Source: Podarcis liolepis (lineage: Eukaryota). Taken from it: a stretch of DNA of 64,000 nucleotides. Both the position numbers and the translations under genes were made by a program. The notes below the pieces were generated by a model that was given only the letters and a program-made list of their open reading frames with translations, had not been told where the DNA came from and made no database searches. This document shows, in pieces, positions 1 through 12,663 of this stretch (positions are counted from its first letter, which is position 1; the number at the start of each line of letters is the position of its first letter). The DNA is taken from NCBI GenBank assembly GCA_965112155.1, contig OZ218107.1, one strand, 5' to 3'.

Positions 1-131
1 AATGAATAGACAGTGGAGGGAGAAGGTGGCCATCATTACCGGTAGCATCTAATAGCCCGGCCTTCCATGAATTTGTCTTTTAAAGCCATCCAAGCTGATG
101 GGTCGTCACTGCCTACTGAAGTGGCAAGTTA

Positions 132-390
132 CCGTATTTTTTGCTCTACAAGACTCACTTTTTCCCTCCTAAAAAATAAAGGGAAATGTGTGCGCGCCTT
201 ATGGAGCGAATGCAGGCTGCGCAGCTATCCCAGAAGCCAGAAAAGCAAGAGGGATCGCTGCTTTCGCTGCGCAGCAATCCCTCTTGTTGTTCTGGCTTCT
301 GAGATTCAGAATATTTTTTTTCTTGTTTTCCTCCTCCAAAAACTAGGTGTGTCTTATGGTCTGGTGCATCTTATAGAGCGAAAAATATGG
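132..390. mobile_element. Tc1/mariner-superfamily (Tc2-like) MITE
   Basis: TA|CCGTATTTTTTGCTCTA ... TAGAGCGAAAAATATGG|TA: terminal inverted repeats with TA target duplication. Confidence 0.8.
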
Positions 391-808
391 TATATTGTTT
401 AACTATGAGCTGTGTGAGAAAGTACTTTTTTAAAAATCTGCCCTGAATCTGCTAACATACAGCTTTTCTCTTATCTACTTTCTCCATGCTATGCATAATT
501 TTATAACCACCTATCATGTCACCTCTTACTTGCCTTTTCTGCAAACCAAGAAGTCCCAGATGCTACAACCTTTCCTCATAGTAAGTCATTTCCCACTACA
601 AATATCCTCCCCGGATGCTTTTCTATTGCTGCTGAAGCGGCAAGCCTGTTTATACTCTGCAAAGACAGGTCTGACACACAGCTTGGAGAAAACTGCAGGA
701 GGAAAGTGGCTGGTGAGGAAAGGTTAAGCATCCCCTTCCTTCATCTGCCACTATGCATCAGATGCTCAGCTCCTAATGCGATTTTATTTTTCTGGATGTC
801 CATTGTTG

Positions 809-1552
809 TAGAATCATAGAATGGTAGAGTTTGAAGGGACTCTAAGAGTAATCTTGTCCAACCCCCAGCAAAGCAAGAATCACCCTGAAAGATGGCCATT
901 CAACTTCTGTTTAAAAACCTCCTATGAAGGAGAGTCTGCTGCCTTCTGAGGGAGTCCATTCCATTGCAAAGCAGCAATAACCCCCAGAAAGGTCTTCCGT
1001 AGTCGGACTTTCCTTTCTTGTAGTTTGAATCCATTAGCTCAGATCCTATCCTCTGGAGCAGCAGAAAGCAAGCTTGCTCCATCATCCACGGTGACAGCCC
1101 TTCAGATATTTGAAGATGGCCGTCATATCACCACAGCCTTCTCTGGGCCAAACATTCCCAACTCCCTCAACCGTTCCTCATAAGGCTTTGGTTCCAGACC
1201 TTAATCATATCGGTCACCCTCCTCTGCACACATTCCAGCTTGTCAATATCCTTCTTAAACTGTGGTGCCCAGGACTGGACATAGTATTCCAGGTGGGGTC
1301 TGACCAAGGCAGAACAGAGTGATTTCCCTTGATCTGGACACTATACTTCTGTTGATGCAGCCTAGAATTGCATTAGCTTTTTTGTTGCTGCATCACACTG
1401 CTGATTCACACTAAAGTTTGTGGCCTACTAAGACCTAGATCTTTTTCACATGTACTACTGGCAAGCTAGTATATATTTGTGCATCTGGTTATTCCTACCC
1501 TAAGTGTAGAATCTGACATTTGTCCCTATTGAAATTCATTTTGTTAGTTTTG
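809..1552 (-). mobile_element. CR1 LINE 3' fragment, degraded
   Basis: Begins with tagaatcatagaatggtagagtttgaagggac, the reverse complement of a CR1 3' end; further in, RT-end-like segments such as gtggtgcccaggactggacatagtattccagg. Confidence 0.8.
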
Positions 1553-2698
1553 TTGCTGACATGGTCTTGGGTTAGGTGAATCTTAAATTAAGAACTGGCC
1601 TGAAAGTTGAACATCACTGTCATCTCAGGTGCTTCTCGTCGGGGTACTGTGCATGTGTTCTGCCTGCTTAATGCTTGGAATGGTTCCCTTGAAATCAGCA
1701 GAGTTTCCTTCCATGAAAATATGATTACGATTATGGTGTGAGGCTGCGCTCACATTATGTGTTTTGTGCCGTACCAGGTGGCCAATTTGCTATCCTATCA
1801 TTATGGCAGGGTTCATTTAAACACAAAGAGATCTATGCTCATAACGTCTCTCTTTTCTTGCTTTAAGGCTGCTGCAGGCTTGAGATGAAACCTGGAGAAA
1901 CCAGACCTGAAGTGCAGCATGCAGGAAGCACTCTTCTGTTGAACTGGAAAAAGGCAGGCCATCAGTCCTTAAACCAGTCCAATCTAGAAGCATCACAACA
2001 TCTTCCAAGCAGAGTGGTCGATGTTGTACATACCTATACATACCTTCTGTGTTCAAGGAAGACACCAAGGACTAGCAGACAGAGCCCATGGTTATTCCTA
2101 AGCTCAACCCCATGGGGTTCTCAAGTTTACTCCTAGAATCATTGATCCATTCCACACAGAACATGCAGTCGGCATATGAATCCGAGAGAAAGGAAAATGC
2201 AAGCAAATCTAACAGTCCAGGTAAGTAGCCAGGAGCATTTGCATAAGACAACCAGGGCTTATAAAGCACCAAATTGGAATTGTGTTGTGGGGGGAGGAGA
2301 TGTTTTCCAGTTTAGGAAAGCTGGTCAGGTCCCTTCTAGCAACCAAGTTGCACCCCACTGCCACCCTTGCTCACGCCAACCTAATTTCATGTATTGGAGG
2401 TGTCAGGAAGAACTCAACTCCAACGACCAGTTGCCCTAGGACTGCAGAAGCAAAGCAAAGCAAAGCACAGTTTTATTTGTACCACCGCTCAGAGGAACAA
2501 GGGCTGCTGGGGAGCTTTCGGCATTGTTTTAATAATGTGTTGTATGCTGCCTAGAAGATGGGAGTATACACATTTTTAAAAATACATAAATAAACTTGAA
2601 AAGGTTCACCACCTTCACTGCCAGCACATCTTTTTTGTTGGGTATATATTAGGCAAAACATTATACATATACAGAATATATATTATACATATACAGAA

Positions 2699-3004
2699 GG
2701 GACGTGGGTGGCGCTGTGGGTTAAACCACAGAGCCTAGGGCTTGCTGATCAGAATCCCTGCGATGGGGTGAGCTCTCGTTGCTTGGTCCCTGCTCCTGCC
2801 AACCTAGCAGTTTGAAAGCACATCAAAAGTGCAAGTAGATAAATAGGTACTGCTCCAGCGGGAAGGTAAATGGCATTTTTGTGCGCTGCTCTGGTTCGCC
2901 AGAAGTGGCTTAGTCATGCTCCCTCAGCCAATAAAGCAAGATGAGTGCTGCAACCCCAGAGTCGTCCACAACTGGACCTAACGGTCAGGGGCCCCTTTAC
3001 CTTT
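2699..3004 (+). mobile_element. Sauria (Squam1) SINE with internal deletions
   Basis: gggacgtgggtggcgctgtgggttaaaccacagagcctagg ... aagtagataaataggtac ... cctttaccttt; similar to the copies at 20752, 49696 and 60436. Confidence 0.92.
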
Positions 3005-3517
3005 AATGACACCTTTCCCACTTTGGAAAATTTTTCTAGCCTTCCCCAATCAGCTGATGTCCACTGGTTGTTGGGATTCCAACTCCCACCAGCCCCTGCC
3101 AGCCTGGACTATGGTCAGGGATGATAGAGAGTTGTAGTCAAACAGCAATTAGAAGACACTAGGTTAGATAAAATGTGATCTAGCCACTTGGAAGCTATTC
3201 TTCGTGATAGGCAACCAGACAATTGGGTTTCTAAAACCCTGTTTTACAATAAGTTGTTAGTCACGCTTGCTACAATCCAAAAGTCCTGCATGCACACACA
3301 GAACACCTCCACATATGGGCTCATTCGCTGCAATGACAACGGGTGAAACAAGCCTGCATGCATATATCTGGAACAGCTACCACTACTCTGAGAGAAGAGG
3401 TAAAATGCAGGTGAAATACCAGGATTATTATATTGTTGTTAAAAAGAACAGAGACTTACTGAATATAAAACAAGCCCATTATTTCAGGCACATGAAACAA
3501 AACAGTTTTACAAGCCC

Positions 3518-3558
<41 letters not shown>
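3518..3558 (+). repeat. (ATCA)n microsatellite
   Basis: About 10 units; source of INQSINQS in ORF 3267-3719. Confidence 0.95.
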
Positions 3559-3559
<1 letters not shown>

Positions 3560-6500
3560 TAAAAGCAACCTTTGCTCAAACCACAAAGAACAAGAATGCT
3601 ATGAACCAGACAGAGGCAAAAGTACCAGGAGACACTTGGGGGATAGTAGCGAACAGGAAGGCCACGATATCGGGTGCTGGCAAGAAAGAGGAAAGGCAAG
3701 TTCATTATCATCATCGTAAAACCTCCCTCAGAAAAGCAACAGAACCTAAACTGAGCTACATGCGGAGTCAGCCAAAGCAAGCAAGTCATAAAGTAGTGCC
3801 TGGAACCATCACTCCCAAGGGGCTGGGGGAAGAGAGCCAAGACAAAGGATGTAATTGTCTCAAAGTGTAACACAGCACACTGAATCAAGGGCTTGTTTGC
3901 ATCACCAATGGCAATAATTTTAAATAATATTTTAAGTACCCATAGAAGGGCACAGAACGAGATGCTCTGGCATCCCACAACTGCAAGCTGCTCTTCTCCA
4001 GGTGATTATTACTTGCAGAGCTGCCCTTTTCCATATTCACAGACACAGGGCAAAGTTTAAAAAACGACTAAGTGTCCTGCGATCCACTTCACTGCAGAAT
4101 CAGAGGGAGCCTCATAGGCCCACTTGATCCAACTACCTGCCTGATACAGGCCGTCTAAGGTTAGCTCATCCTCAATAAGCTGCTGTCCAGACTCTGTTGA
4201 AGCCCTACAAAGGAGGAGGTACTCTGCTCTCCCTGGTAAGAGACTCCATTGCTAAGAAGCTGGACAATGTCTAATTGTAGCTGTCAAGAAGTTTCTCCTA
4301 ATGTTACTCATAGCACACAATCACAAGTTTGGACAGTGCTGGCCTAGGTGTTGGCAAACCTAACAGATGAATAGGGTTGTTTCTTTCCTTCGTTCTCTTA
4401 AATAAAGCAAATCTGTGATGTTTCTACAGAGTCTCCTTATGTCTGAATGGCAGAGTTATGCTCTTTCCAAACCCACTGACACTTCTTAAAGAAAAACAGT
4501 ATTGAAGGAATACAGGATGAAGGAAGTACCCTTCGTTGGGGTTATGATCCAGCCAGTTAGGACTTCCCAGTTCTACTGACTTCAACAGCAGAGATTTTAG
4601 TACATGCCCAACTCTCCCCTGGAGAGTAATAGGATACTAAGTGCTTAACTTTGGTTGGATCAGACCTGCTGAACTTCAGCTAGTTATTCTTCCAGCTTCT
4701 AGTCTTACAATTTTTGCAAGACAATTTATAAAGGCTTGTGGCAACAGAATTCCTACATATACTCTAAGCCTGCCTTTTAAGCTCATGGCTACATATCAAA
4801 TAATTTACAAAAGAAAACCTGTTAGTCTTTCAGCACTCCAAAGATTTCGTTTTTAAAAAGCCTTCAAATACATGGGTTTAAAGAAATGCTTTTTCAGTTC
4901 CTAGCACTGGCCTTCTAGCATACTTCTACTGTGAGTTTTGTCATTCAGAAGGAAAAAACAGGTGTCCCTTTAAAAAGCGGGGGAATATCTGGTTCTGCTA
5001 TTCAAGTCATCTTGTTTTTAAAAGCTGGTATGGTGAAAGTACATGCTGACAAGGATTAAAGGAAACAAGGGAGTAGAGAGATTTGAAAAAAAAAGAAATG
5101 CTACTGGCTTATTCTTGATCTTTGTCACCACCCAGTGGAAATTAATCACAACTGCAAAACCTTCCAGCTTAATTGTCCCAAGATGCATTAACAGCCAATT
5201 ACACTGAAGTGAATGCCACAACAGAGTCTGAGTAACCAGTTTCGGACCCTCATTTCAGCTCCAGAATGTGCATGTCTTGAGAGTCCTCACAGAGCTTAGA
5301 GGGGAGGCAATCGCAGGGAAACATGTTACAAGACTGATGGGTTTGTGGTCTTCCAAATCAGCAGCTTATTTGCTACTGAGATGCCAGGGACTAAACTGGG
5401 GAACCCCCCCCCCCTGCATCCAAAGAGGAAGCTCTAACCACTGAGTTATGGTTCTTCCCCATCATGACATTTGACATTTTCCCACTGCACAACGGTGATA
5501 TGGAAGGGGAAGCACAAAAACACAGAACATTGTGGCATGATGTCAAAGCAAGATCTAGCAGATTTGTGGGGCGAAGGAGCAAAACCAGGTGTGCAGCTGA
5601 AGCTATTTTTCAGAAGCAACTATGTGTTCAGGGTGACATTTAGATCTGTCCTTCACCACAGTTCCCTTTCTCATTTCTGGATCATCATGATAAATAAAGG
5701 GACATGCCAATCCCAGCAATTTTCAGAACACTGAAGAATTGGCTCAACACAATTTTGTTCTGCACTGAAGTTTGGGGTGCTAATTGTATAAACTCGCTTT
5801 GGAAACTCTTACCTAGATTAAGAGAAAGACAATTAAAAGCAGGGGAGAAAAATTAACAAGTTGCTTGTTCCTGGGCTACTGAAATAAAAGCCCCAGGCAA
5901 ACGCATCGCGGTCCTCTGATACAGACAACAATTTCAAGCCGTGCTAGATTTTACCAAGTCTAAGTGGATATTCAGAAGAAGCACAAGCAGAGTTAGTGGC
6001 ACCGCTTATATCCATAAGGACGTGAGGAGAGAAATTCAATGGCTCAAACTATACAGTTCAAATCACACAGAGACAGGCAAAGTGCCGGGGGGAAACCAAG
6101 ATTCCATGGCAACCTCTAACTTCATCACATTTAGATGCACTCGAGAAATCAGTAGGAATAAAAAAACATCAACAACATGGAAAAGTATCGAGAGAGTTAG
6201 TTGGTTAATGAAATGGAGTGCAAAGGAAAAATAAAACAGATACGTGTGAGTCCTCCAAACGTATAAATGAAAAATTCCATATTCATCTGGAAAAGGAAAA
6301 ACAAATACAAAAAAGTGACATTACAGGAGCTGTAGAAGAGAAAGTATGCTGCACTGATGCTTTTACAATATTGTTCCTTTATTATTTTTTACAGATGCCA
6401 GAAAAGGAAAAACCAATAAGACATTAGCTAAAACAGAAGTCTGAACTGAGAAGCTGATAAAGTTAGGAGCCACACTCTTAAATTCTTGTGAAGAACAAAA

Positions 6501-6581
6501 AGCAATGTGGTCTACTGAAGGAGAGAGGCAAAAAGAGAATGCAAAACAGAAAGTTTAAGGAGAAATGCACAGTCTTTTATT

Positions 6582-6750
6582 TAGGAACATGGGAAGCTGC
6601 TGCATACTGAGTCAAGCCATTGCGTCCCTCTAGCTCAGTAGTGTCCACCCTGATTGGCAACAGCTCTCCGGGGTATCAGGCAGAGGACATTCCCAGTTAA
6701 GCCTAGAGATGCTGGGGATTAAACCTACATGCAAAGCAGATGCTCTATGA
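6582..6750 (-). mobile_element. tRNA-derived SINE (Squam3-like)
   Basis: Reverse complement of the family seen at 42325 (aacatgggaagctgc...ctagctcagta...gatgctggggatt). Confidence 0.7.
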
Positions 6751-8889
6751 GCCACAACCCTTATTTATGCCCTATCAATTATATTCCCCGAGATAAAGAT
6801 CCAACATCCAGGCAGATACAGTGGTAAGGCAACAGGGAACTTTCCTCATTCACACAAGGAATTCCCCCACCCACGTTGCCTCCTCCCTTCTCAGTCTTCT
6901 GCTACTTGGGAAAATCTATTTTATTCTAAACATGGAGGTCATGTTAGTTTTTGCTCCATACATCTATATAATTTTAACATTTAACAGTGGCCAACCAGAG
7001 GCCTGTGGGACATCAGCAAACAGGACATGAGCGCAATGGTCCTCTGCTTCAGCTGTTCCTCACTGACATGTTGCCCGGAGGCACTGGGCTGCCTCTGATC
7101 TTGGAAATGGCAAAGTCCTCGTGACTAGTAGACACTGACAGCCTTCACTTCCACAGACTTGTCCCGTCCTCTTTTAAATCCATCTGAATTGGTGACCAAC
7201 GGCAAATGCCGTGGTAGTGGTTTCTGCAGTTTAAACCACATACTGTCTGCTCTGTGCAAAGTGAGGATGTGCAACGCTCCCTCTGCCCTCCACTCGCCCA
7301 CAGAAAGTGGCTGGGCTGGCCAGCTGCCCACAAAAGGCAGGAAGGGTCTCCGGGAAGCGGGGGTGGTGGTGGAATCAGTTAGTCCTATAACTCCCTAGTT
7401 CCCAGTCCTTTGCTCATGTGCGTGCATTAAGTAAATTGACTGCCAGAGAGGTTAGCAGCATCACTTAGCAGCAAGCACATATGACTTTCTGGTGGAAAGG
7501 ATACCTGGCAACACACAATCCCCACTTCCTCCAAGTTCTCACTTGCCCTGAAGTTTGCAGAGTGGTGATGGTGGAGGAGCTGGTGGCTGATAGGGATTCG
7601 TAAGCAAACAAAGCCTCTGTTTGTTGACCCTGGCTAGAAGGAGACAAATATCCCCAGTAGGCATTCTGAAAGAAGGCTGCACACTTAACTCCCCTTCTTA
7701 ATGTAAAGGCAATGGGCACACAATCTTTCCCCAACCTGGTAGCCTCCAGATACTCAGGACTACAATTCCCATCAGCCCCACTGGCTCAGACTGATGGGAA
7801 TTGTAATGCAGAATATCTGGAGGTAACCAGACTTGGGAAGGCTGGTGCACATGGAGGCACAACAGACCCTTTGTTCACATCAACAAGTTAGGATTGCCAG
7901 TCATCTTTCAGAGTCAAACTGGATTAATGGCGACATGGCCAGTTAACACAATAATATCTCTGCAGCACCATTCATGGCTTCAACTTTTTGAAGGAGATGG
8001 TGCCTTACTTGTGTAACGGGCAACATTTTTTTTTGTTCAGAAGCTCTTAATGCATGTTAAGTTCTAAGGAAATGCAGAAGCCTTATCAGGGGCACTGGGG
8101 AAGGAGTCAGAAAGTTTTTGGAAAATTCACAGATGAGCTAAAATTAAAGAGCCTTCTGAGGTCCTTGATCTGTGAAAAAGTAACCAGAGACCCACTAGAT
8201 GTGATAAAAGGATCCTGGGAGAGAAGAATCACTAGAAGGCTTCCTGGCAATTCCATTACTGCCTGATACATTTCAGAGAGAAGGAAAAAGCTGTGATCGG
8301 GCAATTTATGAAGTTCTGTGCCCTTTCTTCTTCCCCCATCTGCTCCACAGAAGACATTCTGTGCTTGATAGGAAGGACCATCAGAAGATCTTCCTTTTGC
8401 AAAACAGCCTTTTCTCTGGGTGTTGCAGTTTTCCTGGGGTAGAATAGGGTGTGAAGGAACGATATCTGGCCATGGTCCTGGAACACAAATGCTTTGACTG
8501 AGCAATTAAGTGTTTTTCGACCATGTCTGAAGGAAAGAAAAAGCCCAAAGCAAACTGGTAATCAGCACAAGCCTTAAGATTGCCCAGTCCATCTCATTCT
8601 GAAGGAGAGTTTAGAAGAAAACAGGGAAGAGTGCACACTACAAATTCCCTTCCAGATGGACTGCCATGTTTTCAATGCTGTGCAAAGTTATGTCTTTGAC
8701 AACAGACCAAAGTCTGCCCAAACAGCTCTGGAAAGCTCTTAGCACCCTAAACAAGGATTGCCAGATGGAGAATTCCACTAAGCCTAATTAGTGCTCGGAT
8801 GTTCCCATATGGGAGGGACCTAAATTAACAGCATGGCTAGAATTGCAAGCTGCCAATAACTATTTCATTATTACAGGGAAAGGGAAGTA

Positions 8890-9045
8890 GTAGAGGATCT
8901 GCTTTGCAAATGCAGGAGGTCCCCGGTTCAATTCCTGGCATCTCCAGTTAAGAGTTGAGAGAAACCAGGGAGAGCTGCTGCCAATCAGTGCGAACAATAC
9001 TGAGTTAGTTAGGTCTATGGTCTGACTCGGTGGCATAGGGCAACT
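8890..9045 (+). mobile_element. tRNA-derived SINE (Squam3-like)
   Basis: gtagaggatctgctttgca...ggttcaattcctggcatctccag...aatactgag...ggtctgactcgg. Confidence 0.75.
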
Positions 9046-12000
9046 GCAGTTTAGGGCACAAGTATGAAGCAGGAGATGGCATTCCTCACCAGTTGTAATC
9101 TTAAAGCACAACCCTATTTATCTTTACCCTGGGAGTAAGTCCCAAAGTGTTCACTGCAGCCTAAAAGGATTCAGTTGAAGGTGCATATTCCACTCCTAGC
9201 ACAACCTGCATAACAGGGATGTTGTGAGGATGACATGCATCAAACAGTCCAGGCCACCCTGAGCACTAGAGCACAGAGGAGGAACCTTTAACCCGCCACA
9301 TCTTCCTGGCCTAGCAATTAATTTCCAACAGCTCCAGCCAGCAAGTGCCCATTGTCAGAGATGATGTGAGCCAGAGGCTCTCCTGATAACTCATAGTAAT
9401 GAAAACTTTGGAGTTCTCATGATTGGTACTATAAGTAGTAGTTTGTGTTTTCTACCTTTTCCCTATAAGCTTTCTGTAGAAAATCCAGGAGTTTATATTT
9501 AGATTCCGGGAAAGGTTTATCTCACTAACTCTCCCAGCTAGTCAGAAGGGAGTTTCCATCCCCTCTTCATTGTAGCTGCCCTAGCCTTTTTGTATTCATT
9601 TGACTTCATTTCTATCCTGCCCTTCCTAACAAGGAAGCTCACAGGGTTTCCCCCCACCCCTACATTTTATCATCAGAACAACCCTGTGAAGTAGACTGGG
9701 CTGAGAGAGAATGAGAGAGCAGCTGGCTCAAGGTCACATGCAGAAAAGAAGCTGAGTGTTCTCTTTCCCTGCCAAGCAAACAAGAATAAGCCCCTTCACC
9801 CCTCCATTCAATAGCCTGTAAGGAATTCGGACACACGTCACTCGGGGCAAACAGCCCTGTCCATCTCAGCTTCCAAGGCAGCTTTCATTTCAACTTGCAA
9901 TGTCATGCCCTGGACACTGCAATCTGTCCATGATGGGAATGAAATAACCAAGGATTATATCTGGACATTGTGGGTCTACTTTGGAAGCAAGACAGAGCAA
10001 AATGATTTATTCCAAAGCCAAAAGGGGACCTTGCCCCAATGATTCCTTATGGCTCTCTCAGTTTTGGTGCTGCTTCTCTGTATTGATGTGGCCCTGTTAT
10101 TCTCCCTCCCAAACTGGCTGACCTTGATGTGGAGGTGCAAAAGGAAGCCTTAGCTGGCAGCCAGTGCCCTTCATTGAGCTCACATGAGACAGGATCAACC
10201 CTGTGCTTGCCTGGGGAGGAAGCTGCCTGCCCCCTGCACATTTGCAGAACTAGAGACAGACGAGGCATGCAAGAGTGAGGTAATGTCTAGAAGACGCTGA
10301 GAGCGAGGTTGGTGACAGATAGCATCGCCTGGAGATAGTGATTAGAAAAACAAGATTTGAACACGGAGTGGGGAGATAAAATTCAAGGGCTGATGAAATT
10401 CAGATGAAGAGCAAATGAGGCATCCATTTTCTTAGCTAAACAGGAACTGAAAACAAATCTGACAGATTTTCAAGACGTATCTTGTGGGTACTTAGGCACA
10501 AAGAAAACCCCCATTTGGGGGTTGAAGAAATACCCCCCCCCCTGGCGGCCCCAAGTGGAATGCCCGTGTATGGGCATCCATCCCTGAGGCCCAAAGTGGG
10601 GGGAGACAGTATGGATGTCTATCAATAGAAGAGTCACCATTATATCCACAGAAAAATAATGGGGAATCAGAATCCTTCATGCCTTGGGAGAATGTCCTTG
10701 GAAGCAGAGAGCAGCACAATGTTGGTGCTATCCTTCACCAGCTGGGACCAGAACTTCCTCCGCATTCCTCTTCTCTAGCCAATTCCTGCTGCTAAGCTGT
10801 GAGCTGGAGACTGACTGAGCCCCAGCCTCCCAAGATGATGAGCAGGGCTGGGCTGGGCTGGGCAGGAGGGGAGGAGCCCCAAACTCCAATTTTCCTCCAT
10901 GGAAGCCAGCACTCCGTAGGTGCCTTGGGCAGCACCTGTATTCAACCATCTCATACGTGGGGAGGAAGGCGAAGTTGAGGGGTGGAAAACAGGTGGAGTT
11001 TCTCCTCCCCACCCCAAATTTCTTACAGGCCTCAGTTTGCAAAAGGAATAAATTAGAAGATTCAATATTTCCAGTAGTGCTTGCAATAACTCCACATTCA
11101 AAGCCTCTGGTTCAGTGCTGTCAGTTTCCACTCCTCCCCACCCCCCTTCCTGTCCAGGCTACTATTGGCCTAGCAGAGAGAAAATAAGGCAAAAGCCACA
11201 GCGATCAGAAAATGGTATCCTTGCACATAATGCCAGGTGGTTAAAAGAAATAGGGACAAATAGAGAACTTTCAGAATAGAAAAAGAGGTTTTTTAAAAAT
11301 GGGTCGGATAAGGTTCAAAACTGGGACATGCCTAAAATGATGTGCAGCTTTGAGGACACCACACACACACACACACACACAGTGTGTGAATTGACTAATT
11401 ACTTTGGAAAGAGATCTTGGGATTGTAGTCAAATTTTCACCGGAAGCATAAATACTTAACTCTTTCTGAAATAAATCTGGAGTGTTAGGAATACTTAGGA
11501 AAGAGGCTGAAAACAGAGCAGCCCATAGCAATGGTGATCTACAGTCTCATTGCTCAGAATGTTAATAGAATTGTGGAATTGGAAGGGAGCCCGAGGGTCC
11601 TCTAGTCCAACCCCTGCAATGTTAAGAACATTAAAAGCCTGACAGTTTCAAGAGACATCCTCTACGATTTCCTCCCCATCTTCCTCAGGAAGAGTTAGTG
11701 CCTGACTTTTCTGCTCACTCTCTCATGTTACACTAAACTGGCAGAAATCCTGAAGGACCCTCTCAATAGTGGAGGGTAAAATTCAATTTCCTTTCTCAGC
11801 TCACAAAAACCCACTTATCTATTAAACAGCACAGACATTCTTATGAATGCTGGGGGGGGGGGGGCAAACAGTCCAGGAAACCTCCTTCCCAGCCCTCCCC
11901 TCTTTCTGCAATGATTGATAGGTCTAGAGAAGAGCATCTCTGATCGTTGTTCACACTCAGAGGCGAAAATTGTTTTCCGGGGCCGCATGCTAAGGCATGA

Positions 12001-12510
12001 ACACAAGACCAGCATTTTAACGATGTTGCCTTCCTGCTAACTAAAAGGCTGCAAGTTTACCTCCTGTGCTCTCCAGGATGGGACAATGAGCCTGACCCAC
12101 ATGTACCTTTCTGCAGAATGGATTGCTTGTAAAACTCATCTGTTCATCCAAACACTGTTCTCCTGACCCTGGTCAGGCATTGCCTTCAGGATGCGCAATA
12201 CTTGGCCAACTTCCTGCTGTGGGCATAGCTGTGCATCAGGAGAACAATGTTACCTGCTCCTTGCAGGGACTTTAGTTACACTTCCAGATTAGGAGCATGA
12301 TAGAAGTGGGCATACCTTTTGGGGAAATGATCAGGATTTCCAGGAACGGGATACCAAAATTGTGAATTTCCTGCACCGTGCCATAGTTGCGCAGCTCCAT
12401 TCGAGGTGGTGTTTTGGCCGGGCAGAGTGACAAAAGCTGGGTGGACCCACAAACCAACTAAAACGGGCTGCTTTGCTTCCAAAGCAGCGGCTGTGTCTAG
12501 AGTTACTCAC

Positions 12511-12663
12511 CTGCTGCTGGCAGGTCCAACTTTGCTCGTTTCAGCTCCGCCATGGAACTCTGGAGCTGATCTATTACGAAGTCATCTTCAAAGAAGAAAT
12601 CTTTGGCAAGGGTCTCCTGAAGAAATTGCACGAGTTCTTCCATTTGCAATTTCATCAGGTGTT
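12511..12663 (-). CDS. USP6NL: USP6NL exon (last in window), (K)[50 protein letters not shown](G)
   Basis: aacctag|AACACC...GCAG|gtgagt; 153 nt; near-identical to recalled human [17 protein letters not shown]; no GKEDEYPKKPLGQ-like continuation seen in 1-12510, so the terminal exon is probably beyond the window start. Confidence 0.96.

Noticed and set aside
3267-3719. 150-aa ORF
   Set aside because: Runs through an (ATCA)n microsatellite and has no recognisable domain
8256-8486. ORF containing FQDHG, reminiscent of the USP6NL C-terminus (recalled APFQDHGLP)
   Set aside because: Only five residues match, the surroundings are unrelated, and no long terminal-exon ORF exists here; treated as coincidence
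12276-12482. 68-aa minus-strand ORF just after the last exon
   Set aside because: Separated from the exon by an in-frame TAA, too close for a spliceable intron, and not recognisable
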